Of a stretch of 64,000 nucleotides of DNA, positions 1 through 52,345 are shown piece after piece. The notes beneath the pieces are model-generated. The model was not told where the DNA came from. It searched no databases and saw only the letters and a program-made list of their open reading frames with translations. Position 1 is the stretch's first letter; the number at the start of each line of letters is the position of its first letter. Origin of the DNA: Tubiluchus corallicola (taxonomy: Eukaryota > Animalia > Priapulida); contig JAQGDQ010000006.1 of assembly GCA_030141605.1 (NCBI GenBank), positions 1,699,067 to 1,763,066 on the forward strand, in the 5' to 3' direction. Both the position numbers and the translations under genes were made by a program.

Positions 1-871
1 TCCAATAAATTGTTTGGTTTGGGTTGATACTAGAGAATATCATGAATAGACTAATAAAGTTGGATTTGTCGTATATGACATGTCTAAGATGGTGATGTTG
101 ATGTCATGTTCACAGAAAGCTATTTGAGGTTGTACTATACCTAAACTAATGTAGCGAAATTTTTCAGAGTGAATCCATAGTTCTTCTATGAGTGCTATAA
201 TGACGGTTATAATTAATGATCAATGTTAGTCAAAGTGTAGCTATCATCAAGCCTCTTGTCTGGAAGAAAGTTCTTAAAGGTTCTCAAAGCTTACTAGCTT
301 CGCAAAATCTTATTTTGGTACTAGGCATTATAATACATGTTTAAAACTATTAGCTACAAGTTTTGTGCATGCCCTAAGTATTTTTAAGTGAGTAGTCATA
401 AAACTTTAAATTGGCAATAGCAATAAGTGTTTGAAAAAGTTTTGTATTAAAGTAGCAGTTTTGTTAGTTGCAGTGTTAATGGTAGAGGCAGTAGCAAATA
501 GCAATAGCAGTAATAATAAGAAGGCTAAACTCCGCAAAAAAGTTAGCGCATAACCCACGATGACAAACTACACCACACCCACCACACCACGCCACCCACA
601 CCCACTACATCATACCGTACCCCCCATGTCACACCCGCAAAACCGTCACTTTAACACGTTACTATACTAATACTAATACTATACTACTATACAAATACTC
701 TACTATACTATTTACTATCTATTGTGTGTTTCCTGTAGGCAGTACAGCCATAGCCATTAGCCAATGTTTGTGTCCATCTCTGTGAATGGTCTATTCCATG
801 TCATTCAACTGCTTTTCCTAGCTTCACATAGTTATCCCAATTTGCCTGAAGCCTTGTTTTTTATTATATGC

Positions 872-891
872 ATATATATATATATATGCTT

Positions 892-935
<44 letters not shown>

Positions 936-981
936 TATACTATATACTATATATATATATGCTTGACTATATATATATATA
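872..981. repeat. (TA)n microsatellite, interrupted
   Basis: Directly visible. Confidence 0.97.
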
Positions 982-1884
982 GTTGAATGACATGGAATAT
1001 ATATACATATAATATTATATTCTGTAAATGCAAAATTATTAATATTAATTTATTTATTAGCCACAGTTGCTTGGCAGGTAGTTTTTAAACATTTTTGTGA
1101 TAGTATGTGTACTTAAATACAATTCTATCAACCGTAGGAGCTGGCGTACAAAATATTTCAAAGTTAAACCAAAATAAAAAAGAATAAAAATTCGTTTCAA
1201 AGTCAAATTCAGAAAAATTTGTTAACCCGAAGTAAAAAAGAGATATTTTGGAGATTTTTGTAAAATCACATACGTGAATATTGGCATCTTCGGGACACAA
1301 ATAGCCTTCTGGTTTGTTTAATGGTCTGAGTCACACTGGTATTCATGACATAGATTAACTTACAAAATCACACGTGAGAATGACGATATGATACTTTTTG
1401 CCTAAATTTTGTTATTTTAGAAAAGTTAAATATTCGTGTTTCTCGTGTCATTTTACACTGTGCAGTATGTAGCTGTGCTATGAGGAAGTGTAAATAATAC
1501 ACATATGATCACACCACTATGAAGCACAAGGGTACATGGCCTCTTCGTTTGGAAATCGTGTTATTACTGTCTAATATAATACTTTGGTCTTTTAACCTTT
1601 AGATTTTGAAAGTCGATAAATGAATCTTTTGCATTTTCAGTTTATTAAACTTCACCTTATTGTTAGTAGTTTGGCTGCAAGGGCAAAAAGAATTTATGCA
1701 TGCTTTACTTTTATTATAAATGATTTTTACAATTGTAACTCCAGACTTCCACACTTAATGTTAGGGATTTAAAAAATAAGTCTTTAAAATAGTATGAATA
1801 GCGTCTTAAATGATACAAGGCTGTGAGTTCAAGTTTTAATTTGAATTTGTTAAATTTTGTGATTGACATTCATAAAATTTAGTC

Positions 1885-2290
1885 ATGTGCTATAAAATTG
1901 TTCATAAAGAGCTATATCTAAATGTTGACAAACTTGTCAACAAAACCAAAAGTAACCATTCGCTCAAACTCTTTGTTAGGCGTACTGCAAAAAAAGCTTT
2001 TGCTGACTTTTTCTCGAACAAGGTTGTCCCTATCTGGAATAGCTTACCCGCACAACTAAATGGATTTCCACTTGTAACAGCACAGACCCAAAACATTTTA
2101 AAACTAGGTTAGATGCTGTGGACTTAATTGGATTTTTGCTTTTTGATTGGCTCTTATAAGCAAGTAATTCAGCCTCTGAGCGTCTCCCCAACATCATAAA
2201 TTCGATGATTTTTTTATGTAAACACTTGCTTTTTAATTATGGTTTGTGTGTGATGTGAAAATAAATTAAATTAAAATTTAAAAAATTAAA
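1885..2290 (+). mobile_element. Decayed 3' fragment of a CR1/L2-like LINE
   Basis: ORF 1885-2112 contains CYKIV...FFSNKVVPIWNSLP, the conserved C-terminal motif of CR1/L2-clade ORF2; an A-rich (AAATT) tail follows near 2260-2290. Confidence 0.7.
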
Positions 2291-4757
2291 ACTCTTTTAT
2301 ACTTTCAAAACTGCATGAAATTTGCATGTAGTTTATTGCCACCAGGCAGCTGTTATATGTAGTTTTAAATCTGTATGTAATCGTTATATTAATTAATTTT
2401 AGCGGCAATGTCACAAAAAGTGCTTTGATTACCCATATATAGTGTTCTGCTAATGGACCGTAGTGCTAGTGAACCAAAAAAATCGATTTTTTGCATAGGA
2501 TAAGTGATTTTAAATGAACCAATGACGTGGTTAAATGAACAGCAAATTCCGAAAAAATGATAAGGGAAAAAGATTACTGTATTACCATAGTTCATGAATG
2601 ACACTTGGCTGATGGGGGCCCATGTACTGAAGCCGTCATATGTACAGCAGGCAGCTAGGTTCTATTTTGGGTTTGCGGTTTCTGCCCTGTTTAACATCAT
2701 TAGGCTGAAGATTTTCACAGCATCCCATGACCTACGCGTCTTAGTCGTGAAATTGTATGCCAGGGTGAGAAATTGTCGAATCAAAATCTGAAGTTTAATT
2801 TGATTTATTTGTTGCTAGCTACTCATTAGAAACTCAGGACTTACAAGCGCTGCTGCAATTATGCTATGTGATTAAATTTATGCAGGGTACCAGAGGCTGG
2901 ACATCCTTTTACCACATCAGATATGTGAAGACCCTTTCAAAAACGTCAGCATTTGAATAATGTACAACTATGAATATTGCTCTAAATATGATAGACATTT
3001 AGGATAACTTAGCTTAAACTGTGTGCTTTATTTGTAGTGTAAAGCTTTTAAATCAGTCTTAAAATTTTTCAAATGGTCTACTCTTAAACTTTCTACCAAC
3101 TAACGCTACCTGAATAACAAGATTGAAAATCACAAATGTATAAAAAAAAGTTTTCTATTTTGAGCTGTCTCCCTGATAATGCAATATGTAAAGTGAACCA
3201 ATATCAGTCTTCTTCAACATAAGAAGTTGAGTATTTTTCTTATGACAAAAATTTCTGCAGAAATCAGACTGCGAGAGTTTATAAACCATTAACTTTAAGT
3301 TTTTTAATGTATGACTTCACTAACTTATGTGACCATTTAGTAAATTTAAATTAAAAAAACGTTAAAGAAATTAAAATGTAGATCCACTGAATAAAAAATC
3401 CCACAGTTAAAAAACAAGGAAAAGGTAAGTTCTAAGCACAACGTTTCGAAAAAAATTCTTTTTTGTACCTTTGTATTCACCTAAAAAACTACTATAGTGG
3501 TTCGAAACGTCACGCACTTTCTTTGTTCTTTCTTGTTTTTTCTTATTTTTTTTGGTCACTGTCGCAGTTCTTGTTACTAAGAATACTATTGCATATATTG
3601 ATAAATTCGGTACATTTTTTTCCACAATAGGGGCCATTATAGGGCTATATACCAGCTAAAAATTAAACACAATTTACACAGAGTAAAATATTTAAGGCCT
3701 TTTTTGATCATGAATTTTCCGTGCCATAAATGTTCTCATTGACTTTAGGTTACATTTTTAACATTATTGCTCATCTTGAAAACGTGAACATAATAAATTA
3801 AATTTAAGCCACCTCTAATCTCCTCGTCACCCGTGGCCCGCATGTGACCTTCTCTTGGCTGAGTTAATGGACTAAGAAAACAATCCGACAGGAGATACAC
3901 AAACTCTGAGGTTTGAAAAACTTATGGCTCGTTTTTTCCTTCTTAATTTTAAAATTGGAAAGTTGGTTTCCGCATGTTGGAAATAAATGCCATGTGTTTC
4001 AGGGAAAAGTATAAATTATCCTACGCAAGGTGCTTATTTTCGAGCATCGATCAATACAAAAGCGGAATACGGTCAGAAAAGACACTTTTTGTCAGAAACA
4101 CTGTATCTAGCTTTTGCTTTTAAATTCTGAGCTTAGCTATGGGCGCTATACTTGTACATACCTTTTCCATCATAAATACTGTACATGTGGATAGCATATT
4201 CTCTTTTTAAATTTTGGCTTGCCGTTTAAATTTACATTAGCCGGTGTTACTGTATGTGTAAATTACGTGTACAGAATGGCATACTGTAAATGTGACGAAA
4301 GGGACTACTGTACAACTTAGTCTGTATTTACTAATTTTAGTTACCAGTAGTTTAAAAAATCGCATGTTTTACTCTAGAGCTTTTTTAAAAATGTTTAAAC
4401 CCGGTTGGACTAATGTTCTCATTTTAGTTTACTGTTGCATCTTATAATAGAGCTCGTTTTTGATGCTAAATAGAACTCATGCTTGCCCCGAATTAGACTA
4501 TTTCTCTGTTTTGTAGATTTTTGCAGTAGTGGAACTTCGTAGAAATATTAATGGTCTCTTAGGAACGCATCAGTTAGACTAATGTTCTGCCAATATCCAT
4601 TCCTCCAACGTTGTGCAGTTACTTAAACTTACTTTCCATATGTTTTAAAACCCCCAAGGAAACAAATTTACCCATCTATCTTCAACTTGCTTGCCGCTAG
4701 CTCCGGGTAGGAGTACGCTTTAATGATAACTGCTGTCTACCCTGTCTACGGGTCTAA

Positions 4758-5850
4758 CTTTATGATTCTGTACTGCATAACAAAGTTGCATATATTGAAT
4801 TGTCAGTTCCGTCTGTCTGTCTGTCCGTCAGTCACTACTTTTTCTCGGCCGTGGAGTAATGTAGGTTATCTATACCTCGCACGGACATAGGGCATCATTC
4901 AAGCTGTTAGTTTTTCAATCAATCGGTGTAGTTTTGAACTTTTGACGCATAACAATTATACGGTATAATAAGAATATTTTTATCGCTATAATAAGCTGCG
5001 TACCGCGACTATAGGTTTATTGGTCATATATGTTTGTTTGTATCTGTACGTCATGCGTCTCTAGATGTCTATACTTTCTATACGTCTATATGTATCTGTA
5101 CGTTTATCAGTATCTGGCCATTTTTTTACGTAATTAACCGTCAAGTAACATTGAAGGATATCACCTCGCGCAGTGGAAGGGCATCTTTCAAGCGCGGAGC
5201 CGACTACAGAAGTTTCGGTCCTAAACATCTATCTGTCTCTTTGTCTGTCAGTCTGTTACCACTTTCGCTCGCTCCCGAGTAATCTAAAAAGTTGAAACGT
5301 CTTACAACTGTAGGGCATGGTTCAACCTCGTATACATACTGTAAATTTTGGGGTCAGTTGGCACAGCTTTCTTGAAGATTTGTGTATAGCAAAGTTCTGT
5401 AACTATCGCTCAAGTGTACGTGATCGAGTGACAACTAAGTGAATTATGATTCATTATAAGCATCAGATAACAACAATCACTAACATATGTTATGCAGAAA
5501 ACATATTTTTGTGACAGCCTCCATGTACGTAAACCCGCAGGATATGATGGTAGTCTGTGGTTTTTCAAAGCCTTCAAGTATACCTGTATCTGAATTTAGA
5601 TCTTTGTTTGAAGTTTTAAGTTTTTAAATCCACACGCATTGTAACTCGGACACGTTTAAAGTTTCTTCTATTAAAAATTCAAATTAGAATTCTGGCCAAA
5701 TTAGAAATTTAGTATCATTTTAAGTGTCATTGGAGAATATACATCTTTGAAATTGTCTCAGAATATATCGACCTCGTCATGGCAACTATGTCCCTTTACT
5801 TAAGTTACTTTAGTTAAGATTCTGCTTATAGCAGAATCTTCTTGATTTTT
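4758..5850 (+). mobile_element. Non-autonomous Helentron-like (DINE-1/HINE-type) element
   Basis: (GTCT/GTCC)n microsatellite near the 5' end (4810-4830), three internal repeats with a ...AGGGCAT..TTCAA core (about 4875, 5164, 5301), and a 3' 11-bp stem hairpin AAGATTCTGCT-tat-AGCAGAATCTT (5816-5840) followed by a T run. Boundaries are approximate. Confidence 0.5.
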
Positions 5851-8800
5851 TAATTTAGTTTGAGTTTAATATTATAAAATGCAAAAAAGTGCAAATTATA
5901 TTTTTTTATTTTCCTGCAAGTTATGTATGTTTTGTTTTGAGATTAAAATGATAATCTTTACGAATTTACCATCATATGCATACGTCTGTATTCTGACAGC
6001 ACAAGTTTCCTTACCATCATTTTGCATTTTACTGCAGTTATAGTTTCATAGTAGACTGTTTGAGGATATCATATCCAGAACTTTCCAGAAATTTATTTTA
6101 TGTCTATTCTCTACCGAACGTGCAAAACAGATGTGAAAAAAATCTGCCAAAGGACTGGAAAGATGTTCTTAAAACTACTCTGCCCTGTTATTAATAAGGT
6201 TCCCTTGTATACAAAAAGGATACTGTCAGAGCTTAAATTAAAACACTTGTAAAAATTTACTATAACCATTTTAAAGTTATCCGAATAATTACTTTTGTCA
6301 TTACTGTTACAGACAAGAGGTGTGCAATACAACCTATAAACATCAAGCAGTGTCATAAACGAATGGTCTCATAAAATATATTTTTGTCCCTTGCTATAAA
6401 AATCTGGTCATATTTTTGTACAAATGCAACCTTTTTATAAGTTGAACTGGTTTTCACGTTTGTTAGGCAGTGTTTGCATCTGTCATGCATCTTGAATGGA
6501 CGTAGCTCATTTACGAGGAAGGACGAAAACATATCACATTGTAGAAATGTAATGGTAATAAAAATAAATGAGATGTGACACTTCATTGCTCAGAAGAAGA
6601 TTCTGTTTCAGAACTATAGAGAAATTTTGGGCAATAACAGGAATGACAAGGTAACAGCAATGACTAGTGAGGTAACAGTACAACAAGAATGACACATATA
6701 CACACTATATAAGCAACAACAAGTGTTTTATTAAATCTTCGTAACTGTTTGACAAGAACAGAAAAAATACAGCTTTTAAATTTTTTATAAAAAGAACAAT
6801 ATCCATAAAAAACTCACTATATAATAAATTTTAATTTGAAAATCCGTCGTTTCTGCTATGCTCTAGCAATCTTTGTCAGGAGTATATTATGAGGCATTAA
6901 AATTCGAAACAAAACAAAAGCATTATAGCAAAACTAAGGGTATCTATGAAAACAATAATCATAGAGGAGAAAAACAGAAAATGTAATCTATCATTAATAT
7001 AATATAGAATGATAATTCTTTAATATATATATTATATATGTGTGTGTGCGTGTGCGCGCGTGCATGTGTGTGCGTGCATGCGTGTGTGATTTTTATTTAA
7101 AGCTAAGTTTTTACAATTAAGGCAGATTCAACTACGTGTTTCTTTAGTGATGTTCCTAGCTGGAAACGTTGGATTTCTCTAATGTAAATTTACTAATATT
7201 CATTATATAATGGATTGTTTATGAAATAGGTCAGAACAGATTTGGCCAAAAACAGATTTGTTTTAAGAAAAATCACAGGAACAGTAATCTTGTTGAAACT
7301 CAAACTGCACGTACATTATCGCAGCTGCTAATGGAACGCCATAAGAAAATATTAAATTATAAATGCCTTTGTCTTCTACAGGTACATCTATTGGCTAATC
7401 TACCCATGCCATTGTTTAAACTGTGAAAAGCAGAAACTTCATGTTGTGCTAGTTTCCTTTCTATAAGCCAGATGGTCTCTCTGCTACTACACAATACTAC
7501 TCTGAAATATCAAGATATCTTCTTACGTGTCATTGCTGTTACTTTGTTGTCACTCCTGTAACTTGAACGATTATAACAGGAGTGACAGTAACAGGAATGA
7601 CTGTCAAGGAAAAAAACCTGCTCACACGGGCTAACTATCCTACTTCACCCTTTCCAAATAATTAGATTCAACACAGTAAAGTACTAAAATTAACCAGGCA
7701 TGATTATAAGCATTTTATGTTCTGTTTTCTAATAACGGGATATATAACAGTAATGATCATGAATTAACATATCCAGAAACAATGAACCCAAACTTTTGTC
7801 AGAAAACTTAAAAAAATATTGGAGAAGCCACCGTTAAAAAGTTTGCCAAATCACAATAGGTGGTGCTCTCTACTAACAAATATTTAAAACAATAGAGTCA
7901 ATCAGTGGTACATGCCTCAGCTTTTCCACCAAAGTAACAGGAATGTCGTTGAACTTGGAGACACACGTGAAATTAAACAACACAAATATTTGCTAGTTCT
8001 GAAAGTATTTGGGAAGAGGAGTTTCACCTTTAGTGTGCTGTTTAGAATAAAATACTGCAAATTAGTTTTTAAACGGATACTTTCTGCCAAATCTATCTAG
8101 AAAAGTTGAAAATGGGCACTGGGGACATAGGAAAAACTTTCACAGGAACTGATTTCAGCTTCAATAGAAATGTCCAAATCACTTTTCTGGCAACAAATAC
8201 AACTGGAATAAGTTTCTTTGGTGTCTACCAGTCATGAGACAGTATTGCACCAGAAACTTTGTTATTTAAAAAAATTATCCTGGGACAAAAATTGTACGTT
8301 CTGTGGAGAATGGCCCACTTACAGAATGCTAATATTTTTCATCTGAAGACTGAAACTGAAAGGGTAAAAAAAGTGTAGAATATATACGGGTATCTCTTAA
8401 TGGGAACGAGTGTGGATTGCAGAAAGATGACTGATGTCCCACGTTGTCCCACAACTTAAGAGGCTTATGGTACTAAATCAAATACTGCTTGTAAATCTGT
8501 TTCTGAAAGAAGTCGAAATAATTAATTTAAAAAAGCCCAGTCTGTATTTTCGTAGGAGATGCTACTTAAGTAGTCCAGTCGGTATTGTATTGGCAGTTTA
8601 TCTTGGAGCTTTGTTTGTTTTCTTTTGCGGTCAAGAGCGGGTTCTAGGCTTTATAGTTTAAAGCACCTAAGTTTAGCACTTGGAAAGGGAAGCCCAACTG
8701 ACCCAGTAATTGGCGCGAAAAGACACAGTTCTGTAATGCATGGCTTCATATTCCAGCTGCTGGAGAAACTATATTTGGAACTGATCACAGCTTCCTCATA

Positions 8801-9056
8801 ACTGCGCATGAGACTCGGAAAGCTTTCCGTGTGTCAAGGAACTGTATTTTTGTTTGCCTTGCATTTTATTCACTGTCTGAATAATGCAATAAGGCTGGTC
8901 TTGTGGTCGTGTTAGCGTGATTGCCTCTTTTATTTCAAAAAACACCTTGTTACACAAAGAAATTTTTTTCGAAAGTTGGCGGAGGTGATTAACAAATAAT
9001 GGAAGCAGAAAGTCCATAATTATAGTTGCTAAAAATGGGTAAATGTAGTGTTGGAA

Positions 9057-9453
9057 TAGGGGTGAGCATTCTCTACCAGAAAGCGAATTCGAATCGAATC
9101 GAATCGAATTTGTGACTTTCTAATTCGAATTGAACCGAACTTCATTATTTCGATTTCAAATTGAGATTGAATGATTTTCGAACCAGTTTTCGAACCACCA
9201 GTAAAAATTAGTTTTACAAAGATCATGCATATTACTCGACTTTGTTCTACAGTAAAACCACTAATAATGTGTCTAAAAAATTGTGCACAGAAATCACAGC
9301 TAAATTATGCTAATTGCATGGTGTTTCAAACATTTTAATGATAAAGAACGCATGTGGTTGAAGTGCTGAATTATTTGAATCTATTGTTTTAGGTTCGAAA
9401 CGAATTCGAACTAAAAAACTCGTTCGCACTCAAACGTTCGATGCTCACCCCTA
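9057..9453. mobile_element. hAT-type MITE rich in TTCGAA/GAATC motifs, copy 1
   Basis: TIR TAGGGGTGAGCAT...ATGCTCACCCCTA; degenerate 8-bp TSD tgttggaa/gtgtggaa; homologous to 22461-22850. Confidence 0.8.
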
Positions 9454-9982
9454 GTGTGGAACATAGTGTTGTTCAAATGCCAGTGTCTGCCAACTAGAAT
9501 TCGTTAGGTTGATAAACAGAATGATAAAAAAGTTACGAAACTAAAAGGCAAAATGTACAATATAATACTGGTCGACACCACATAGAAGCAGCCCCTGAAA
9601 GCGCCTAGTGAACTTAGTTCAATTGTATGATTTAGCTTTTGCTGAAGTTTTACTAAACGTTTACGAACATGTTAAGTTTTCTGGCACTCATAGCGGGTAG
9701 CAGTCTCGATGTAGCGAATCATTTCAGGTAGAGCGCGCTCATTGTCACCAGGATCATAGTTAATACTGTACAGACTACTGTCTATATGTTCTCTATAAAA
9801 TTTATTAAATAGTGAAATGTTTGTAGTGAATCTTAGTGATAACACTAAGCATGGAAAACGACCCTTCAACTAACTTCTGAGTCTCATATAGAGCAAATTC
9901 GTGCAGTTTTGCTTGTCTCATTGCAAGATTTCAGGTAGTATAATATTAATTCAAATGCTTACTTTCCACAATATTTTTTGTA

Positions 9983-10300
9983 CAGGGTGTCTCAGAAATC
10001 ACTATAACACTTTACATTTCCTGTATTTTTCAATAAGCAAAGCAAAATCTTTGAAAGTAATTCATACTGATGAACTGAAACCTTGAGAAATTCTTTTAGG
10101 CAAATTAGACGATAATCTGAAAAGACTACTGCTCGAGTAGGTTTTTTCTATTTTAGCCACCTTCTTCAAGGACTTCAAGAGTTTTAGAGAACGTTACTGT
10201 GGCAAGTGGGGCATCTTGCATTGAAGAAGTCTCTCACAGCCCCTGAGTTGTGAGGAAGGGCTGCACCTTGTTGAAAAACTACATTGTTTTTAGTGCACTG
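9983..10300 (-). mobile_element. Tc1/mariner transposon remnant
   Basis: TA|CAGGGTGTCTCAGAAA terminus at 9983; minus-strand peptide VVFQQGAALPHNS..VRDFFN resembles the FQQDGAPPH catalytic-core motif. Confidence 0.55.
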
Positions 10301-12692
10301 CCGATGTGGTGCTCTAAATTTCCGCTGAAATTTTGACGTCATTTCTAACGCTACTGTCGTCGCCATAGCAACGGAGTTCCGGTCAAAAACTCAATAAAAA
10401 TTGCCCTAGACCCTTTTTGATTCGAGTAAGAGCTTACCAAGATTGGACAAAAAATCAAAATATATAGTGACTTATAGAAGCCCTACAGATTAAACCCAGT
10501 TCAACCGTTTATTGGAAGAATTTACATGCGTGATATATTAGAAGGTATTCTTTGGACATTCTCCATCAAACGCCACTTTTATCTACCACGCTAGTAGTCC
10601 ATAAAACATTCATTTTGACTTATGACGCCACACAGTTCAGCTTCAGCTTTTCTTTTCGAGAACTTTTTCATTGTATATTTGCATGTTTTGATAGGTGTAG
10701 AATGTCATGAGTGTCTCCAAATTCACATAGAACCTTACTGGTAGGTTTGCCCTACCATCTAAGGTAATTTAATTGAAAAGGACTAGTGAAGGACTGCACA
10801 AATGTTTTGCGTAAACACGTGCGTCATTCAAAGTCTGTTTAAGCGTCGTAGAATTAATTGTGCATAATCACCCTAATTTTGTTAAGCAGTGCATGTAAGA
10901 TAATGTTAACAGCTGTTGCTTCTATTGCGTAAGACATTCGTCAGCATATTTATAGATAATTTCAAGGACCTACTGCTATGCACCACACTGCCACTAATTA
11001 ATTAAATATTACTATATCTGGATTTGGGTATTTTCAGAAATCGTAGGTAACAAGCAAAGTGAAGCCCAGTTCAGGGTGCGAGCGTTCAGTGCAATAGAGA
11101 AGCCATAATCGCTGCCCCACATCTTGACTGCTTATTTCCGTCCTCCCACATCTTTTGCGTGCATGTGCGTGATGGATCAATATGATGCTGCTCTGTGCCG
11201 AACGCTACCTGTTATCAATAAATCACTACTGTAGTTTCAGCTTATTGTTATTGGCTCGAAGAGAACTGTTGTCTGTGTGACCATTATGCTGTACATAAAT
11301 AGCAGGGGTCTTTGAGGCCATCACCAGATGTATAAGGTTGGAGGCATGTCCAAAATTAAACATTTATGCGCCTAATTCTAATGCAATCGTTCCAATGATC
11401 CAGTGCACAAGCCCCATAATTTTGTAAATATTTATTTATTAAATCAAGGCACCCGAAATACTGGAAATGTGAAAAATTCAACAATCTAATTATATCTGCT
11501 AGTGATTTATCGGGTGAATTATCATTTTTTTCACCAGTAATAATGAAACACGTGTCTGACTCTAGTTGACCCTGCATTCTGGTATCCTGCGCTCATCATA
11601 ATGCTTCTAATTTTGTAGTTGTGGAAGAACCAGTAGCTAGTAATATCAACAGTTAGGTGTATTAGTCATGTTTTGTATACATGCATATCATGTATACATT
11701 TTTCCTCGATGAACGCTAACGTTAGCTAAAAATTGCTTAGCTTGGATAAATTAAGAAAAACTATGCACCAACCTATGTTTGGCATTTATAAAGGCAAAAT
11801 TACGATTGCTGGCATGTAATACTCGTAACTTGTGCACGTTCGTTCCAATAACCAAAGTTCACGTCTAAATTAAAAATACGGTTACAAGCTTTCTTTATAA
11901 ATCACTTGCCAGGTTTCCCGTTAATACGTGCAGTTCTGGCTGAACAAGACTGCATGTGTATTTGAACTCCACTCTCATTTACTCTTATCAAAACATTAGA
12001 TAAAACAGTGATTTACAAAATTGTTGCTAGTGTTCTGCAAACATCGCTTAATAGCTTATTGCAGCGTACTGCAGTGCACTTTGACCTGTTTTGTCACATC
12101 GCATTCAAGATAGGATCTTCTTTTTCTTACGCATAATTAGCGTTCCAAAATCTTCACACTTGCGCAACTGCAATAATCCTAGAAAAGAGTATTCCCCAGT
12201 TATCAGGGATTAGCTGAAAAAGTTCTGTTTTGTATTAAGACTGCAGATAGTTTGCAAAAAATTTGGGCAATTTCAAGAGCAGAGCAGGCGATGCGAAACA
12301 GCAAAAGCTATTTGTGTATTGGACTTGTTCATGGGAAAGCTCTTAATACATCATACGAAAGTAAGATCAGCGATGTTTTGAAATCACCCAGAAATTAAAT
12401 AGTATTGCTCTCTAGGTCTACTTTATGTTCTCATGTCGACTGTGCAGAGTTTAGAGATTAATCAGTGAATTTCTGGTTTATTAGACTTAAAATTAGTCCA
12501 GCATAAGTGATATTGTGGGCTAATGGTACATAAAAATCGTATAGTTTTACATTGCTTGATTGGAGAAACCCACTTTTTACGATTGTCCAGTCATTATGCC
12601 TGAATTGCACATTTTTCTCCTTGTATTTTGTATTTTGTAAAGTAGTACATTAGTAAGTATACTATGAGCCTATATGATGCTTTTCTTTTTAG

Positions 12693-52082
<39,390 letters not shown>

Positions 52083-52237
52083 TATCAGGTACATTGTTTT
52101 TTGTTTTGTTTTTGTCGTAATTTTTTTCTCCAGGGTGGCAAAGAAGTTACTTAAGTTGAATTGAGTTCTTTGAATTTAAGAAATGAGTGTTTAGTCCAAT
52201 ACGTACAATGACACATAAATCTTATAAAGTACTATAC

Positions 52238-52302
52238 TTTCTCCTCTTTCCCTCCCTCCCTCTCTCCCTTTTCTCCCTCTCTCTTCCTCTCTCCCTCTCT
52301 TC

Positions 52303-52333
<31 letters not shown>

Positions 52334-52345
52334 ACTCACTCTCTG
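52238..52345. repeat. (CT)n microsatellite in the presumptive calcineurin 3' UTR
   Basis: Directly visible. Confidence 0.95.

Noticed and set aside
764-982. ORF with a YI repeat
   Set aside because: Translation of a (TA)n microsatellite.
6000-8330. Region with repeated ACAGGA(A/G)TGAC motifs and an 11-bp inverted repeat near 7549-7586
   Set aside because: Probably a decayed transposon, but I could not define termini, a TSD or a protein motif.
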